NCBI RefSeq assembly: GCF_011386835.1
Contig: NC_088793.1
Coordinates: forward strand, 206,770,001-206,834,000
Source of the DNA: Chrysemys picta bellii
Lineage: Eukaryota
Reading direction: 5' to 3'
DNA length: 64,000 bases
Position numbers and translations under genes: made by a program. The notes beneath the pieces are model-generated. The model had not been told where the DNA came from, searched no databases, and saw nothing but the letters and a program-made list of their open reading frames with translations. This document shows, piece after piece, positions 59,303 to 64,000 of this stretch; within the stretch, counting starts at the first letter, position 1, and the number at the start of each line of letters is the position of its first letter.

Positions 59303-61353
59303 CAGGATTACTGTTTCACCATAGCCAGTTTCTTCTCTTTGTATCTGTATTTCCTCACAGTGGCCGAGGAGAAAAACATTTGAAGAGAAGAGTGTGGTTG
59401 TAAAACCACAGAAGTTGGCAAGGGGGACTCAGGGTCTGTCTGTACTGCAGCTGGAAGTGTAACGTCAAGCTTGAGTAGACATACTCTCGATAGCGCTGAC
59501 TGAGCTAGCACACTAAAAATAGAAGCGTAGCCATGATGGTGCTGGCGGGCTAGCAGCCCTGAGTACATACCTAGGGTATCGGACAGGATCATCTTTGGGG
59601 CAGCTGTTTTTAGCAAGCTAGCTTGATCAGAGTTAGTGCAGGAAATCAGCCCTTCAGCTCCAATGCAGACATGCTTCAGGGGCAGGTAACATCCCTGGAG
59701 TTCTGAAAGTGACTAGATTTCAAGCTAACAAGGTCTTGAAAAACAATTACATTCAATTAGAAAATTAATACCGTCCCACATGAATTGAACTGCCTCCTCC
59801 GACAGGAACATAAGCTGCCGAGTGATCCTGAAGCAGTAACTGCCCACACTGGACAAACCTGGTCCGTTTATCAGCACACCCCTTCCCTCCGAGAAGAGGC
59901 GGGTTTTGCAGCATGACTGGAAGCTCACAAAGCCAGGCAGTGGCAAACCAAGGGTGGGGAAGCTATTTCCAAAGTCAACAGGCCTTGAGAGAGTATCCTG
60001 TTAGGAGCAACTTCCCATTTACACTTCAAGGGCTCCACCTCTGCTGTCACAGAGGGGGAGACAGGTGGCCCCTGCCATTCAGGGTTCTGTAGGTTAGAGT
60101 CACTACTTTGAACCACACCCAGAAACATACTGCCAGCCAGTGCAGACCCTGAGCAGCAGCATAGTGGGTTCCCTGTGCAAAACACCTAAGAAGCAGGCAG
60201 ATGTCTTGTTTAAGCCTCAGCCCAAACGGTCTCTATGCACAGCCCCAATAGGACCTAACTGCCTTGACAAAAATTGAGATTAACAGCAATGACAACTGGC
60301 ACCGTCCTACATCTGGCAGAAGAGGGTCAATGGAAGCAGAAATTCTGCAGAAACTGATGGCTTGAACTTCCCCCTCGCTGAGAAAAGTCTTGTGTTGGCA
60401 AGTGGCTGTTTCAAGCTTTGATTATTAGCCTAGAGACTGCCTGAGGGCTCCGATCAGGGCCATGTATTCTGCAGCAGTAATGTTCATCACAGAAATGTGC
60501 TTCGGAATCTCAGTTCTTGTTTTACGAGGCTCTCTTCCCTTCTCAATTGTGAGGGCTAGAAAACGTGAACTGAATGTAACTGGTGCAGTGAGGTTTGCCC
60601 AAGCGGGCAGAGTCTGAAGCAGGTCTAAGGAAGCGCACCACTGCTCTCCCAGTGACCTGTTAACTCTGGAGTTGAATTGGAATTTAAATAATTATCACTT
60701 AGGCTACTACTTCATCCCTGACCACAGAAAAATCCAGCTAATATGGTTATCCTACAATCCCAAGTACCCAAAGCCCCAAGTGTTCACTCCTCAGCTTACA
60801 GAATCCCCACCTTTGTATGACAACTTCTACAATGCAGATATCTAAGGCACGTTGACAGTTGAGTGTATTGGGAAAGCATAAGGGAAATGGAATTTAGCAG
60901 CAGTGACCCAGGCCCATTGGACTGATACGCCTATTAAAATTAATTAAAAGCCTACTTTCAAAATGTAAGTGAAGCTGCCACAGAATTGCCAGAGTGCTAC
61001 AGAAAGCTAGCAGCAGAATCTCAGTCCAGCTTGCTGCAGATGACAGAGGTCCTGAGTTCGAACTGTGCAGCACTGCTACGCTCAAACAACCCCCCGTGAC
61101 TTTGCTTCGGATCTGCAATTCTTGGTAACATGTGGAGCAGCACCACTGCCATTAAACCCTGCTAGGGACTCAACATCCATCATATCTTGCCAAAACGAAT
61201 AACTCTAGAGACAGGAGAAGCAACCTTTTCCCCCAAGTGTGGTAGGTGGCCAGATCACCCCCTGCTTGTGAATGCTCTTCGTGGAGGTATTTATTAATCC
61301 AGAGGAGAAGCAAAGAGGGCCACTGAGTGGATGTCACTGACTGATTCACTTAC

Positions 61354-61477
61354 GATTGCGTGTACTTGATTCCAGACCCCTTTCCGTCTAGAAAGCCATA
61401 CTTTGTGTCAATCACCTCCTTTGTCTTCCCAGTTTCCTCAAAGGCAGATTTCAGCTCTACTGCCACATACTTACACA
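61354..61477 (-). CDS. CNPY3: CNPY3 exon 2
   Basis: [40 protein letters not shown]. 124 nt, donor GTAAGT. Confidence 0.96.
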
Positions 61478-62399
61478 CTGGAGAAGAAAAAACACAAACA
61501 GGTTAGTGGGCATACTGAACTGTACTGCCCTCCTAGAGATCTTGCCTGTTTTAGGTACAGGTAGGCCATTTTCAGCAAGCAGGGCTATTTTAGAAGCAGA
61601 TGCTTGGAGTTAAGCATGACTAACTAAAGTGTCCTCATCTAGCTTGTTTTCAGGGAACACTCTCTATAATTATTTAACAGACAAGACAACACACAAAGCC
61701 AGACACCCCAGCTACTGTATTTGGGAGAGGGAGTTTTTAATTCCAGAGTTTTTCAGTTGAGAAATTAGTGAAGTATTGTGCAACTGCTAAAGACACTCAA
61801 ATGCTAGAGACACTCAAGTCAGTGGATGCACCATCACCCAGAGCAAGCAGTTCACCCTGTCTCTAGATATTTCACACCACAACCTCCGCTGCTTCCCCGC
61901 CCCCCCCCCACCACACACTTTGGCCTGCCTCTTCCCCCCACCCTTACCCCCCAGAATCTATTATTCCTATTTGTCCCACTCTTCAATCACCACCCTCTTT
62001 ATTGGCATGGGATTTCCCCCCAATACTTAGGTCTCTCCTTTACTTTCTTGCTTAAATGCCTTGCATTGTAGAAACCCTCCCCCCCCCCCCCCCAAACATC
62101 TGACAGAGTGAGCCATGACCACTGGAGCAAGAAGTAGCAGTTCCCTTTTCTCACTGTGCCTTCTCCCCACCCACTACAGGAAATGTGCCTCTATGAACCG
62201 CAGTGAGAGAAACTTGGGGAAAGAGCCAGAAGCCACAACTGTCAGCACGGAAACTGCTGTCCTCCTTTCCTCCAGGGCTGCGTGGGATACCATGGACCCC
62301 TTCACCCTATCAGATTGCTTGTCGCTCCTCTAGAGCGTCCACATGGGGCCATGATCAGTGCTCTTCTCCCTCCTATCACTCGCCCTGCCTGCCCCAGAC

Positions 62400-62660
62400 C
62401 CACCCTACTCCCCCTGGCCTCCTCCAGCCCCCTCATTGCCTCCGACATTCCCCACCCTCCTCCCCCTGACCTCCCCCAGCCCCCTCATTGCCCCCTGACC
62501 TCCCCAGACCCCTCATTGCCCCCGACTTTCCCCACCCTCCTCCCCCTGACCTCCCCAGACCCCTCATTGCCTCCGACTTTCCCCACCCTCCTCCCCCAGA
62601 CCCCTCATTATCCCCGACTCCCCCCCCCCCCCGATCCTTCGGTCCACAGTGACCCCGACT
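62400..62660. repeat. C-rich degenerate minisatellite in CNPY3 intron 1
   Basis: Repeating ccccctgacctccccagacccctcattgcc(t/c)ccgactttccccaccct. Confidence 0.8.
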
Positions 62661-62672
62661 TCCCCCCCCCCC

Positions 62673-62674
<2 letters not shown>

Positions 62675-62713
<39 letters not shown>
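62675..62713. repeat. (GCC)13 trinucleotide repeat preceded by C13
   Basis: 13 perfect GCC units. C run at 62662-62674. Confidence 0.95.
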
Positions 62714-62717
62714 TCAC

Positions 62718-62832
62718 CCTCGCACTTGCTGGGCAGCCGGACCCACTCGGTGTCGTCGGCTCCGCCGGCCAGAGCCGGGCTCAGCAGCAGCGGGAGCAGC
62801 AGCAGACCGGCGGCGGGGCCCGGCTCGGCCAT
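62718..62832 (-). CDS. CNPY3: Canopy 3 (PRAT4A) exon 1: signal peptide and WVRLPSKCE
   Basis: gccgccATGG Kozak. MAEPGPAAGLLLLPLLLSPALAGG...DTEWVRLPSKCE. 115 nt, donor GTGAGG. Confidence 0.95.
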
Positions 62833-62849
62833 GGCGGCGGGACGGGGAG

Positions 62850-63120
62850 CAGCCGCGCTGGGGGGCGCGAGGAACGTGCGCTTTGGGCAGGCAGCTCCTC
62901 CACACTCACTTCCGGGAACCTTCCTTTCCCGCCCCCAACGTCACTATAACGACAGCAGCGCCCCCAATCACAGCGCCGAGCGTGTCAAAGACCGGCCAAT
63001 GGCCAGGCGAGGAGCGACCGCCTCGGTTCTGCCAGCCAATGGGGGGAGGCAGGAAGCTCTACCGCAAGCTCAACCAATGAGGTGGCTTCTAACGGCTTCG
63101 GCGTCTCTGACTCTAGGAGC
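62850..63120. promoter_or_regulatory. CNPY3 CpG-island promoter, probably bidirectional, with three CCAAT boxes
   Basis: CCAAT at 62996, 63036 and 63074 (40 and 38 bp apart, same orientation). CpG-dense. Plus-strand donor at 63186. Confidence 0.7.
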
Positions 63121-63637
63121 GGCGGGAATCCTGGTCTCTCAGAGCAGCGGCCTCGAGCGGGGGTTCGCGCAGGAGCGCGCGCCAGGTGAGGTGAGGTGAG
63201 GTGAGGTGGGCAACGGCCGGGGGGAGCGGGGGCCGCCCGTGGCCTGTGAAGGGAGGGGACGAGGAGCGAGCGGGGGCGGGTCGGGCCGGTAGGCGTTGTG
63301 GGGGGGCGGCCTAGGGGTCGGTGAGGAGACGCCCGTGGCCTGTGAAGGGGCGGGTGAGAGGAGGGGGGAGAGGAGCGAGCCGGGGGGGGGGGCGGTGAGG
63401 GAAGCGGGCGGGGGGGCGCCCTGTGAAGGGAGGGGGGCTCGAGGATGCCCCCCACTCTGCTTCCATGGCGCCTTGGTACAGAAGATTTGACAATCTAATC
63501 TACCTTTATTCTCCTTTCAGTTCAAACTGCAGCCACCTTGGTGCATGTGTCCTGTCTAACTGGCCTCATTCTCCCAAGCTGGGACTGACCTCTGGTATCC
63601 GACTTGAGAATTTGTAGTCTTCAATTCAGTAAAAAAC

Positions 63638-64000
63638 ATGGATCGTTTGCCCAGGACTGGGACACACAGGGATCAGCAGGAGCCCAGTGCAACCGCAGTT
63701 TCAGCTGATTCAACCACTACTGTTGGCTGTAGCAGTGCCAATGCAGAGGAGGCCATGCATGGTTTACAAGTTCAACCTGGGAAGCGTGTGACAGAGCAGG
63801 ACCCAGAAAGGGTGTAAAAAAAAATGCAAACATGATGAGAGCTACATTGAACTTGGATTTACATGGCCTGGGGACGCTGGATATCCTCAGCCGCAGTGTG
63901 TTCTATGCGGTGAAGTTTTACCAAACAACAGTCTTAAACCGTCCCTTCTTCGCCAGCATCTAGAGACTGAACACAATCAATTTAAAGACAAACCGGCTCA
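63638..64000 (+). pseudogene. hAT/Buster-type transposase N-terminus with BED zinc finger (ZBED5/ZBED8/FAM200-like); one frameshift; runs off the window; gene or pseudogene unresolved
   Basis: aaacATGG start gives MDRLPRTG... for 59 aa to TAA at 63815. The frame from 63810 reads GCKKKCKHDESYIELGFTWPGDAGYPQPQCVLCGEVLPNNSLKPSLLRQHLETEHNQFKDKPA (CxxC...HxxxxH) and stays open to 64000. Confidence 0.8.

Noticed and set aside
62996-63095. ER-stress element (CCAAT-N9-CCACG) expected for an ER chaperone gene
   Set aside because: None of the three CCAAT boxes has CCACG at the required spacing, so they are called plain NF-Y-type sites.
63515-63535. cagttcaaactg as a possible left TIR of the transposase element
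   Set aside because: It is only a partial, gapped match to CAGTGGTTCTCAAACT and overlaps the splice acceptor. It cannot be tested without the right end.

Overview
Vertebrate genomic window, most likely a turtle, judged from tRNA-headed polIII/SINEs with CR1 tails, CR1 LINEs, Penelope-type termini and hAT/Harbinger MITEs. It carries the syntenic block known from human 6p21.1: the 5' end of PPP2R5D (minus; exons 1-2, rest outside the window), complete PEX6 (plus; 17 exons, 2937 nt, 978 aa), complete GNMT (minus; 6 exons, 885 nt, 294 aa) and complete CNPY3 (minus; 6 exons, 816 nt, 271 aa). Exons were placed by hand from GT/AG boundaries and join in frame. The least expected element is at the right edge and is missing from the ORF track: a hAT/Buster-type transposase N-terminus with a BED zinc finger (63638 to past the window end, one frameshift). 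It lies behind a clean splice acceptor and a putative non-coding first exon that shares the CNPY3 CpG island, so it is a candidate domesticated ZBED-like gene. Other highlights: short Penelope-like insertions with hammerhead-ribozyme-like cores and perfect inverted repeats (up to 90-bp arms), a 74-bp ATG-rich array that ends at the PEX6 start codon, facing PEX6/GNMT poly(A) signals 40 bp apart, a 12-bp hairpin over the CNPY3 poly(A) signal, and a candidate poison exon in PPP2R5D intron 2. No searches were run; family names come from recognition of sequence motifs.
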